A stretch of 64,000 bases of DNA from positions 320,001 to 384,000 of the forward strand of contig JBHLOY010000002.1 of assembly GCA_048939995.1 (NCBI GenBank), in the 5' to 3' direction. Within the stretch, counting starts at the first letter, position 1. The number at the start of each line of letters is the position of its first letter. The position numbers were made by a program, and so were the translations under genes. Source of the DNA: Promethearchaeota archaeon. Its GTDB lineage: Archaea > Asgardarchaeota > Lokiarchaeia > Sigyniarchaeales > SOKP01. The notes beneath the pieces are model-generated. The model was given only the letters and a program-made list of their open reading frames with translations. It was not told the origin of the DNA and did no database searches. Positions 52,901 through 62,078 of the stretch are shown in pieces.

Positions 52901-55093
52901 TCAAATTTTTCTTTTACTGAAATTTCTCTTTTCCTGATACCATTTGAGACCACCAAGTAATACAAAAATCGGAAAAATCAATGTAATTACTAAGAATGAA
53001 TCCAAATCGTAGGGTGGCACCATATATTCAGCTATAACTGTTACACTTAAAGAAATTAAACCTAGGATACCCGCACCTATCATAAACCCTCCTCCAACAG
53101 TTTTTTTACCAGTAAAACTTAAGATTGCTCCGATTAAACCTAAAACTCCTATAAGTAAAGGCAAAACAAAAGGCAAAACATAAATGGGACGCATCCTTAA
53201 AAAAAAGGGAATCATCTCAACAAACATAGCGGCTATAAGAAGGCCACTCCCAATTACGCCTAATATAGGACTTACCTCTTCTTTACTACTAGCTTTCATC
53301 CTAAGAGGAGCCAATAATTTTTCCCGTCTTTTCCTTGGCACTAAAATTCCACCAATTAGTATTAAGAACGGATAAATCAGTGTAATTAGATATAGCGCAT
53401 CCGTATCGTATGGCGGAAAAAATCTTTCAACTAAAGCCAACACACCTACAAACATTAAACCTAGGCTGCCTGCCCCTATCATAAGGCCTCCTCCAAGACC
53501 TCCTTTAACCTTAAAACTTAAAGTTGCTCCAATTAAGCCTAAAACCCCACAGCCAATAAAAGGCACAAGAGCGAGTCTACTAAAAGAGGGAGTTACTGGT
53601 ACGATAAATGTGGCGACTATAAGAAGAGAACTCCCAATTACGCCAAAAGCAAGACCTGCAGGTTCTTTACCTTTAATTAAAATAACTCTAGAATTTCGCC
53701 AAAATTGTTTTGGCACCAAAAAAATTGTAAGTATGCTGATTGTTACAATTGAAAGTAAACTAATTAGAAAGATTAAGCTATTCACTAGTGCCATTAATGG
53801 TACTGGTTCTATTGGTTCTTCTTGACCATAAGTGCAATCACCATTATCACTAAAAGTATTTCCTTGGCTATTTTCCTCTGAGATGCACTCAAAATTTCCC
53901 AGTAAGGTGTTTCCAGATACGGTATTATAATTACTGTAATAAAATAATATCCCACCTAAATTATTATTTGCGCTGTTTCCCGAAATGATGTTATTATCAG
54001 CATAATATAAATATATCCCAAAGGAGTTGCTATTTGCGGTGTTTCCCGAAATGGTATTATAATTACTCTCAGATAAAGATATCCCAAGTGAATTGTCATT
54101 TGTGATGTTCCCTGAAACTATGCTATTATGGCAATCATCTAATGATATCCCATCAGAGGAATTGTTATTTGCGGTGTTTCCCGAAATGATGTTATTATTA
54201 CAAAGGGCTAAATATATCCCAAGAGAGTTAAAATTCGCGATGTTTCCCAAAACTGTGTTAACATTACAAATAACTAAAATTATCCCTATAAGGTTGTTAC
54301 TTACAGTGTTTCCTGAAATGACATTATTATCACAATTGTATAGATATATTCCATCTGAATTGTTATATGCAGTATTTCCCGAAATGATATTGTTATCACA
54401 ATTGTATAGATATATTCCGTCTGAATTGTTATTTGCGGTATTTCCCGAAATGATATTATTATTAGAAGATTTTAAATGAATCCCAAGTGAATTGTTATTT
54501 GCAATATTCCCCGAAACCATGTTATTATTACAATTGTTTAAACTTATCCCATATGAGTTGTTATTTGCAGTGTTTCCCGATATTGTGTTATTATTGCAAA
54601 TATCTAAATGGATTCCTCTGGCGCTAAATGAACAATTATTTATAATTAATTTTCCTTTAGTTACATAGCTTAATTTGATACCTGCGTTTTGAGATCCAGC
54701 ATTATAAAGCGTACAATTCTCAATCCTAAAGTATACAGCAGAATTTTCAATCAAGATACAATTCCCCGAACCTCCTCCATCTATCACCAAATCTTCTATA
54801 ACAAATGGGTTGTGATAGGTGCCATTCCCAGTACATATTCCTTTTCCTTCCGCAGCCGTCCAATTATTATTAATATGAATTTTTCCCGAGATATCTGAGA
54901 TTTTCAAATCATTTATATCAGGGGTAAGATCATCTTTATAGCCCAAATTTCTGTTATCGTCCATTATATAACTAAAATTAGTGATAACTATTATTGGTAC
55001 AATAAACATAGCAACTATGAGAAGAGAGCTTCCTATTACACCTAAAATAGAACCAACAAGTTCTTTACCTTTGACTTTCATCCGAAGGTTCAA
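52901..55093 (-). CDS. NosD/parallel beta-helix repeat membrane protein
   Basis: Many SGNTANNNS.GI.L repeats; GNGTYHNPFVIEDL cap; three copies of a G(K/E)E...GVIGSSLLIVA TM module. Confidence 0.85.
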   Translation of the reverse strand: MNLRMKVKGKELVGSILGVIGSSLLIVAMFIVPIIVITNFSYIMDDNRNLGYKDDLTPDINDLKISDISGKIHINNNWTAAEGKGICTGNGTYHNPFVIEDLVIDGGGSGNCILIENSAVYFRIENCTLYNAGSQNAGIKLSYVTKGKLIINNCSFSARGIHLDICNNNTISGNTANNNSYGISLNNCNNNMVSGNIANNNSLGIHLKSSNNNIISGNTANNNSDGIYLYNCDNNIISGNTAYNNSDGIYLYNCDNNVISGNTVSNNLIGIILVICNVNTVLGNIANFNSLGIYLALCNNNIISGNTANNNSSDGISLDDCHNSIVSGNITNDNSLGISLSESNYNTISGNTANSNSFGIYLYYADNNIISGNSANNNLGGILFYYSNYNTVSGNTLLGNFECISEENSQGNTFSDNGDCTYGQEEPIEPVPLMALVNSLIFLISLLSIVTISILTIFLVPKQFWRNSRVILIKGKEPAGLAFGVIGSSLLIVATFIVPVTPSFSRLALVPFIGCGVLGLIGATLSFKVKGGLGGGLMIGAGSLGLMFVGVLALVERFFPPYDTDALYLITLIYPFLILIGGILVPRKRREKLLAPLRMKASSKEEVSPILGVIGSGLLIAAMFVEMIPFFLRMRPIYVLPFVLPLLIGVLGLIGAILSFTGKKTVGGGFMIGAGILGLISLSVTVIAEYMVPPYDLDSFLVITLIFPIFVLLGGLKWYQEKRNFSKRKI
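54326..54457 (-). repeat. near-identical 66-bp tandem repeat inside the beta-helix gene
   Basis: Two adjacent units encoding NNSDGIYLYNCDN with few substitutions. Confidence 0.75.
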
Positions 55094-55223
55094 ACACTCT
55101 GTTGTTTTTGGATTTCATTTTCCGAATAAAAATAAATTACATTAGACAACACTGTCTTAAAAACCTTTTTACAAAATTATAAAGATCTTTTTATGAATTT
55201 TTAAAGCTATTTTCTAAACTTAA

Positions 55224-55705
55224 TTAGAGCCACATGCTAATTATGAGGATTTTTGGAAAGAATACGTAAACGATCTTAAAAAGAGATACTATAAAGTCAT
55301 TTTGCAACAAAAAAAAGATGTAAATAATTATATTATTTATATCGATAAGGAACAATATCTCCAGGCTCTTAAAGATAAGATAAAGAAATTAAAAGCAAAA
55401 GGAGATAAAACCAATCTAAGAAATTACGGTTGGCTTATCTTAGGGGTGCTTATGATGCAGATGGATTTAGTAATCGTACAAGCCTTAGTAGTTTTAGTAG
55501 AGAATACTTAAAACAAATTAGAGATATTTTCAACATTCCATATCCAGTTCGTCTACATAAAGAAAGGTATAGCTATCTCGATACAAATGGAAATCTACAT
55601 GTTCGGAAGTCACATTGGGTCTTAACCCTCGGTGTTAATTTGTTTAAGGAGATGACTAATTTATGTTCTGATTATGGTTTGGATTTAAAAAGGAAAAATA
55701 AGTAG
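55224..55705 (+). pseudogene. LAGLIDADG homing endonuclease remnant
   Basis: LAYLRGAYDADG motif; frameshift near 55430 relative to the upstream frame ...KTNLRNYG; no start codon (TAA just before 55224). Confidence 0.7.
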
Positions 55706-55759
55706 AAGGGTAAATAAATTTAATAAAAAAGTTAGTTTCCAGTAAATACTTGTTCTTTT
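55615..55759. repeat. diverged direct repeat, copy 1: endonuclease C-terminus plus duplicate of the fwdA 3' end
   Basis: Plus strand WVLTLGVNLFKEMTNLCSDYGLDLK; minus strand KEQVFTGN*; matches 56574-56704. Confidence 0.85.
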
Positions 55760-55762
55760 ACA

Positions 55763-55819
55763 AATTAGTATAAATCTTAAATATTCCCTCTTCTTAATTG
55801 CATTCTTGAACTCCAATAT
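55763..55819 (+). repeat. 57-bp TATA-containing element, copy 2
   Basis: Matches 50533-50589; ends 24 bp before the ATG at 55844. Confidence 0.8.
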
Positions 55820-55843
55820 TAAGTTTTAATTTGGTGAAATTCA

Positions 55844-56518
55844 ATGAAAAAATCTAAATTAAAAATTCTAATTCCATTAACATTAGGAATCTTGTTCCTT
55901 AGCCTTACCTCAACCGTTAATGTTGTGGCTGATCCTTCAACAGTAACTTTTAGACCATTAAGTCATTGGATACTTAATAATCCCAGAGTGTCCTATGGTT
56001 GGGGAGGCCAACCCCCAACAGGTGATCTGCCTTTATATATCTTAATGTTGAGTTATCCCTGGGCTATACCTGATCCCAATACATATGATGGCTACATAAT
56101 GGAAAGAACGTTGAAAGACGGAAGAGCAGAACTTACTGTTTACATAGAATTCTTCAATGCCCCCTTTTGGCTTTTTGGATTTTTACCGGATATTGGGTTA
56201 TTCCCCCTTGTTCTACAACAAGGTTCTATGATTAATTGTAGGGAAACCACCAAATTTACTCTTCCTGAACCCGGCATGGTAATCCCAAACTTATTTGAAA
56301 TATTATATAATTTTGATTTAATTATGATTTCAATAGAGGGAACGGGTGCTGGGATTTTTACGACGGAGGCTTCTATAATAGGATTTACACCTGGGGCTCA
56401 ATGTAAGGTAGTTGTTAACCAACGTGGCTTTGGGTGGATGGACGTTTTACCTCTACCTCCACCCTTGGAGAATTATATGCCTATAGAACTAATAAACGTT
56501 CTTGAAATTGGGGATTAA
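55844..56518 (+). CDS. secreted hypothetical protein lying between the two direct repeats
   Basis: Signal peptide MKKSKLKILIPLTLGILFLSLTSTVNVVA; GGTGA RBS; T-run after the stop. Confidence 0.8.
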   Translation: MKKSKLKILIPLTLGILFLSLTSTVNVVADPSTVTFRPLSHWILNNPRVSYGWGGQPPTGDLPLYILMLSYPWAIPDPNTYDGYIMERTLKDGRAELTVYIEFFNAPFWLFGFLPDIGLFPLVLQQGSMINCRETTKFTLPEPGMVIPNLFEILYNFDLIMISIEGTGAGIFTTEASIIGFTPGAQCKVVVNQRGFGWMDVLPLPPPLENYMPIELINVLEIGD

Positions 56519-56573
56519 AACAGAGAAAAAAATAGTTATAACTTTTTTTTTTTATCAAGAGATTCCAGAAATG

Positions 56574-56704
56574 TTGGGTGTTATCTTTCAGTGTTGATTT
56601 TTTTAAGGAACTACCTAATTTATCTTCTAATTATGGTTTGGGTTTAAAAGCAAAAATAAATAGATTTAATAAAAAGTTAGTTTCCAGTAAATATTTTCTC
56701 TTTT
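56574..56704. repeat. diverged direct repeat, copy 2: endonuclease C-terminal scrap plus the true fwdA 3' end
   Basis: Plus strand WVLSFSVDFFKELPNLSSNYGLGLK; minus strand KEKIFTGN*. Confidence 0.85.
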
Positions 56705-58428
56705 GGGGCGTAGGCATCTTGGACAGCATAATTGTTAAAGTTGATGCTATAATGATCCCTCCAGCTATGGCGCACATCATCTAACATCTCCTCCATGAGG
56801 CTCTCCTTAAGCTTACCTTCTGCTCGAAGTAAATTCCCCATCGGTGATGCTGTAATCTCTCCGTCTTTCACCACAATTATTCCATCCTTAATTGTATATG
56901 CCGTCGAGCTAAATGCCTTCTCAATATCATGCCCAGTATAATTGTTAGGATCAATCTTATACACTGCCACGTCTCCAATAGCGCCCACACCGAGATGACC
57001 GCGATCTTTCATTCCCAGAATCTTCGAAGTTCCAGCGCGGGTTACCACAGCCAGTTCATAAAGCGAATATTCCCTGTCGATGTCTGCCAACGTAGACGCC
57101 GTGCTTGCTTTCTTATGGACCACATTTTTGAGCATGTCATCTCGAGTTTTCCTATCCATCAACCATTTGAAGGCCATCGGATACGTGGTAAACGGGGCTC
57201 CATTTGGATGGTCGGTCGTAAATCCGATTTGAAAAGGATCCTTTACCAAAAGCATAAGCTCAAGACCAATTGCCCATTGAACCGCATTTACGCTATTTTT
57301 TGCATCAAAAAAATACGGAACTATCCCTGATCCTGATTCTGCTTCAACTTGGCCGTTAACCCACTTAATACCCGGCTTAGATCCCCAACCTGAAAAACCA
57401 CCTAAATGATGGAGAGCAAACTCTCATGCACAGACAAGATGCTCGTCTGTGACCCATGGTCCGTCTCCAGTCATCGTAGTGGTCGCATATTTAGTGAATA
57501 CTACTTGACCGTTATCAATCGTAAGATGCTTATGTGAATTCACATACTCAGCAATTTCTACGGCACCAGAAGTAAAGTCATTCCAATTAGTGCCTCCATA
57601 TGCATTAAATTGACAATGAGTCACATGAAGACTTGTTGTTCGGCTATCACCAGCCTTGATTTTCTCACAGACTTGAAAGGTTTCGAGAGAATGCTTGAAA
57701 TTGCCGGGATGTCCGAGATTGTTGCAATGGACATGAATTGAATGTGGTAATTTCAGAATCTCGTTAACCTTCGCTAGACTCTCAATAATCTGACGAGGAG
57801 TTACATTCCAATGGAAAACAGGATCATTTAAAGATTCACAATTCTTGCCCCAAGCCCAATTTTCAACCCCCCCAGGATTTACAATTTTTATAGCATAGCC
57901 TTTGGTTGCTTGGAGGATCCAATTGACGTATGCGGCGAGCTTATCGATGTCGTTGTCGCGTATATATTTCAGGACGAACCAATTATTTCCATAGATGGGG
58001 AGGGCAGCTTTATCGATGATTGGCATTTCGAGGAATTCTTCATGGGTATGTCGAGCTTCGAGGAGAGGCATTGCGGGTTCGACAGCGGTTGTATAGCCCA
58101 TTTGGGCATATTTATAACCTGTATACCAAGTGCTAAGCACGCTGAACCCGGTACCGGATCGTGTAGTTTTAGTTTTCTTTAGGTTCGATTCGGGCACCTT
58201 GTCTTCAGGTCGTAAAGCTCGTCCGACATTGACTTTAGGTCCAGCAATGTGAGTGTGCATATCAACTCCACCAGGCATTACGACCATTCCAGAAGCATCG
58301 ATTACTTTTGCGTCAGAGTTAACTTTTTCGGCGATAAGTCCATCTTTTATATAGATATCTTTCTTTTCGCCATCGATCTTATTGAGCGGGTCATATACCA
58401 ATCCATTTTTAATGATTAAGTTGCTCAT
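56677..58428 (-). CDS. fwdA: formylmethanofuran dehydrogenase subunit A, intron-interrupted; join(57453..58428, 56677..57422), 573 aa spliced
   Basis: PGGVDMHTHIAG, KIVNPGG, HVHCNNLG, TTMTGDGPW|EFALH, ESGSGIVPY, QWAIGLEL, TTDHPNGAPF. Both ORF-track pieces are in the same frame. Confidence 0.93.
57423..57452 (-). other. 30-nt bulge-helix-bulge mRNA intron in fwdA
   Basis: Exon helix, CAUG/CAUG 4-bp central helix, 3-nt bulges GGU and AGA, 10-bp intron hairpin; contains the in-frame UGA; excision restores the frame. Confidence 0.88.
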
Positions 58429-58631
58429 AGTTGATTTCCTATTTTAAAATTTAATTAAGCTCAATCAAATCTCATGATTTAAATTTGAACTAGTTCTATT
58501 GAAGAGAAAAATCAATGATTTTTATAAAGATTTATTATTATTTTTAGGTTAAAGTGGGGAATGGATTTTAGATTTAAAATATTGGTTTAATAAAAAATTA
58601 AGTCAGAAAGAATGAGATGTATTTTTCACAT

Positions 58632-60509
58632 TCATTTTCTTTGGAGACCAGCATAAAGTAGAAAGAATCCGATAACTAGTAGGATAATAATGAAACCTGG
58701 AAAAAAAGTTGCGAGGGGAACAATATATAAAAATTCTCTAGCTACACTAATGTCACCAGCCAGTGAAATAATTCTGGGATCGGAAAAACCTAAAAAATCA
58801 ATACCGGCATCAACTATCAAAACAAAACCAATAAATAATGGAATATATGGAATTACTTTCTTCGTGATTTCAAACCCATTTAGTCGAGTTTTAGCTATTA
58901 ATAAGGAGAAGAAAGGAATTAAAAAGATCCCATATACTATAGGGAACATCAAGAATCTTGTCCATAGGATAGCTATAGTCGTTAGGATGCCGAAAAATAG
59001 AGGAATACAAAAAAATACAATCATAGAAATTTCAGTTGATAATTTAAATTTACGATTTAAGAGTCCCATTGGAATTCCACATAATAGTCCTCCGATAAAG
59101 CCAATTCCAATTGGAATTAGTACAAAAATAAATGAAGTTCGCATTCCATAAATTGTTCTTGCTAAAACATCACGACCAAATTTTGTTTGGCCAAGAGGAT
59201 GCAGTGGTGAGGGGGGAGACCAAGCTCCTGGAAACACTCCATTTGCATCTTCAAGTGAATATGGAGTTAATATTTGAGGGAAAATTGAAATTAGAACTAA
59301 AAATAAAAGAATCATCGAGCTAATAATTGTTAGGGGAGATAATAATTTTTTATTAAAATAAGATAAAAAGTCTTTAAATTGTTTTTTGAGTTTATTCTTA
59401 TAATTTATATTCACAGTGTTAGTACTATTAATTTTAGATTTTAGGTTGGACGATTTTTGATTTGCTTCTTTAATGTCAGAATGTCTGGAGGTAATTTTAT
59501 TTTTAAGCCGAGGTTTAAGAGCTCCATATCCAACAAATAGAAGATTAGATAACACTAAAAAAATGACAGAAATCATAGCACTTAAAAATAGTATTCCACT
59601 ATGCACCCAATAATCAGAATTCCTTATTGATTGAACGAATAATTGCCCTATTCCAGCTAAACCAAATGTGGTTTCCACCAAAATTATAAACCCAAAAAAG
59701 AGTCCAATACTTATTACTGAATTAAAAGAGTTTGGAACTATTGAACGTGTTTTAGATTTATTAAGATTTAATAAGTATATCCGAACCATTAAGGTGGTTA
59801 AGGATCCGATCCCAATAGTTAAAACTGACCATGGGAGTACCAAATGATATAAGTAATCGGGGATGAGATATAGTTGTCTAGATAACAATGAATCAATAAT
59901 GCGAAAACCTGTTACAAAGGGAGGATCTGGGTATGAATATGTTTTGAAGCCTGTTGTCGGAAATATTGGCAAAAGATAACCTAGAAAGTACTGAAACAGC
60001 ATTCCAAGAAAGAATAAAGGTAACGCACATCCAATAAATGTGAGAATTTGAAATAGTTTATCGCTCCATTTATGTCTAAATTTGACAGAAAGATTTCCAA
60101 ATAATAAACCTAATGAAATGCCAATGAGGAAAGGTAAGATGAATAAATCAATTGTTCTAGGTAAAATAAGCTGAATTAAATTCCATACAGGCATACCCCG
60201 AACGATACTAATAGAAATCCCCCAGTTCCCTGTAAACATTTTCCCAAGATATATGAAAAATTGTTCAATAAGGGGCTTATCTAATCCCAGTTGTCGATAC
60301 ACTTGCATATATAAATTGGGATCAACATGACCCTCGGGTAAATATGCTAAAACGGGATCTCCGGGCAAAAACCTTGATAGCATAAATGATACGTACAGTG
60401 CAAGAAAAAATAGCACCCCCCCTATAATTAAAGTATAAATTAAGTTTAAGTAGATTTTTTTTATTCCAAATCGAGTATTATTATTACTCATAATAAAATT
60501 AAACCACAA
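58632..60509 (-). CDS. fused DppB-DppC-like ABC permease
   Basis: LPGDP, GLDKPLIEQF, ETTFGLAGIG; PPSPLHPLGQTKFGRDVLARTIYG. Confidence 0.88.
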   Translation of the reverse strand: MWFNFIMSNNNTRFGIKKIYLNLIYTLIIGGVLFFLALYVSFMLSRFLPGDPVLAYLPEGHVDPNLYMQVYRQLGLDKPLIEQFFIYLGKMFTGNWGISISIVRGMPVWNLIQLILPRTIDLFILPFLIGISLGLLFGNLSVKFRHKWSDKLFQILTFIGCALPLFFLGMLFQYFLGYLLPIFPTTGFKTYSYPDPPFVTGFRIIDSLLSRQLYLIPDYLYHLVLPWSVLTIGIGSLTTLMVRIYLLNLNKSKTRSIVPNSFNSVISIGLFFGFIILVETTFGLAGIGQLFVQSIRNSDYWVHSGILFLSAMISVIFLVLSNLLFVGYGALKPRLKNKITSRHSDIKEANQKSSNLKSKINSTNTVNINYKNKLKKQFKDFLSYFNKKLLSPLTIISSMILLFLVLISIFPQILTPYSLEDANGVFPGAWSPPSPLHPLGQTKFGRDVLARTIYGMRTSFIFVLIPIGIGFIGGLLCGIPMGLLNRKFKLSTEISMIVFFCIPLFFGILTTIAILWTRFLMFPIVYGIFLIPFFSLLIAKTRLNGFEITKKVIPYIPLFIGFVLIVDAGIDFLGFSDPRIISLAGDISVAREFLYIVPLATFFPGFIIILLVIGFFLLYAGLQRK

Positions 60510-60854
60510 GTGGATTTCTAATATTTATTTAAACCAAATTAATATTTAAACATTATTTTAGGCTCAAATCAATACAGAGAAAGAAATAAAAAATATTTTA
60601 CCATTCCCATTTGGATTTATAGCCAATATATAGCAAGAATCCGAATAGAAAGATAATAAGAATTAAGCTTTTAAGGAAGTTTTGTCTGTAAATTTACTTT
60701 GCTATAAGTTTTTAGGTAAAGTTCATATTAGAGAAAGAGAAAAAAGCTTTTATACTCATATTAAATAACATAATAATTAATATATTAACTTTTATGTGAA
60801 ATTCTACTAACAACCAAGTGTTGAATGAAATTTTTGAATGGAAAGGTAATCTAA

Positions 60855-61103
60855 TTGATGGAAAAAATTGAAAAATGTTTAATTTGTGGGAAGGAATTTA
60901 ATATTAACCAGGGAGGACGAGAAGTAAAGGATGATAGTATTTGGTTTCAAAATATGCAGAGCCATATAGAAGAACAAACACAACGGGAAAAGGAAAAGAG
61001 AAAGAAGCTTAATAGAAGGATTAATATTAGTTCTCTTGTAGAGTTGGCTATTGGATTAATAATAGTAATAATAATTATATTTGTAATAATAGTTCTTATT
61101 TGA
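60855..61103 (+). CDS. small protein with CxxC and C-terminal TM
   Basis: KCLICGKEF; hydrophobic tail. Confidence 0.55.
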   Translation: MMEKIEKCLICGKEFNINQGGREVKDDSIWFQNMQSHIEEQTQREKEKRKKLNRRINISSLVELAIGLIIVIIIIFVIIVLI

Positions 61104-61199
61104 TCACTTGAATTGAATCATATTTTCAGGGTTTTGTTTATAAATGAGGTATGAGTTTTTAGGTAATAAAAATTAAGGAAAAAAATAAGAATTAAGCTT

Positions 61200-61685
61200 T
61201 TAAGGGAGTTTTGTTCCTAATTTGATGCCGAATTCTTTGCATTTTGGAAGGTCTTCTTCTGCTATTGGACCTTTCATACCCTTAACTCTGATAGAGAGTC
61301 CTGGGCTTGCTTTTGTTAAATGTGGCATTTTTTCACTGATCTGATTCTCAATTTTATCCACCATTTTCGTATAGGAGCATACTCCCTCTTCTGTATTTTC
61401 AGACTCATCTCCCATATAAGTGTCAAATATAGCATAAGTTTTTGCCTTTAATTGAGCTTTTGGGAGTTTATTGATAAATTTCTTTATCGATCCTACGTGG
61501 CTTCCAAAATGGACTGGAGATCCTATTAAAAGTAAGTCATAGGAATCAAGGTTTTTAAGTTTTATATCTTTAACATTTTTAATAACAACTTCATTATTAT
61601 CAACAGAAGTAATTCCTTCTGCAATTAATTTGGCTACTTGTTCTGTATTTCCATATTTTGAATAATAAGCTATGAAAGCTCTCAT
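61200..61685 (-). CDS. flavodoxin family protein (paralog of 22908..23369)
   Basis: YSKYGNTEQVA, IGSPVH, shared KGPIAEEDLPKCKEFG. Confidence 0.9.
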   Translation of the reverse strand: MRAFIAYYSKYGNTEQVAKLIAEGITSVDNNEVVIKNVKDIKLKNLDSYDLLLIGSPVHFGSHVGSIKKFINKLPKAQLKAKTYAIFDTYMGDESENTEEGVCSYTKMVDKIENQISEKMPHLTKASPGLSIRVKGMKGPIAEEDLPKCKEFGIKLGTKLP

Positions 61686-62078
61686 TTTGTTATACCTCTT
61701 TTAATCATATTATTGAGATTCAATATTCCTAATTAACCCTTATAATTAAACTTTTCCAGTAAATTATTTTATTATTATTACTCCTTTAAAGAAAGTGAAA
61801 TAAATGAAGTTCTAATGAGTCTATCTGATGGTGTATTAAGATCTGTCCCATAGGTCACTATAGTTAATCTCAAGGGGAAGTCTATACTGCTTTTTTAGTG
61901 AATAGTTTATCAAAAAAATTATCGATATTGGACAAATTGTAATAGAAAGTTATTCTTTCTTCATCACCAAATCATTATTTATTATTGATTTAGTTAAGAT
62001 CGAGAAAATTTTACCCAATAAATAATTTTCTTAAATAATCTACAAACTAGATTAATGAAAAAATAGAAAAAATATAAT

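Noticed and set aside
53900-54600. Periodic repeats as a CRISPR array
   Set aside because: They are 66-69-bp coding repeats of a beta-helix protein with no unique spacers and no cas genes.
57424-57426. In-frame UGA in fwdA read as selenocysteine or simple read-through
   Set aside because: It would add 10 foreign residues inside the conserved GDGPW-E motif. The UGA does not align to a conserved Cys, no SECIS-like element is evident in the AT-rich 3' flank, and the BHB geometry explains the insertion exactly.
56677-58428. fwdA as a pseudogene or as two separate genes
   Set aside because: Both parts are in one frame with intact motifs, the 168 nt between the ORF-track pieces encode conserved FwdA sequence, and the only lesion is the excisable insertion.
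1152-59323. Numerous short ORF-track entries antisense to or nested in longer genes (e.g. 1152..1424, 2079..2312, 35259..35588, 54093..54479, 56929..57330, 58690..59151)
   Set aside because: Shadow ORFs of well-supported genes, with no motifs of their own.
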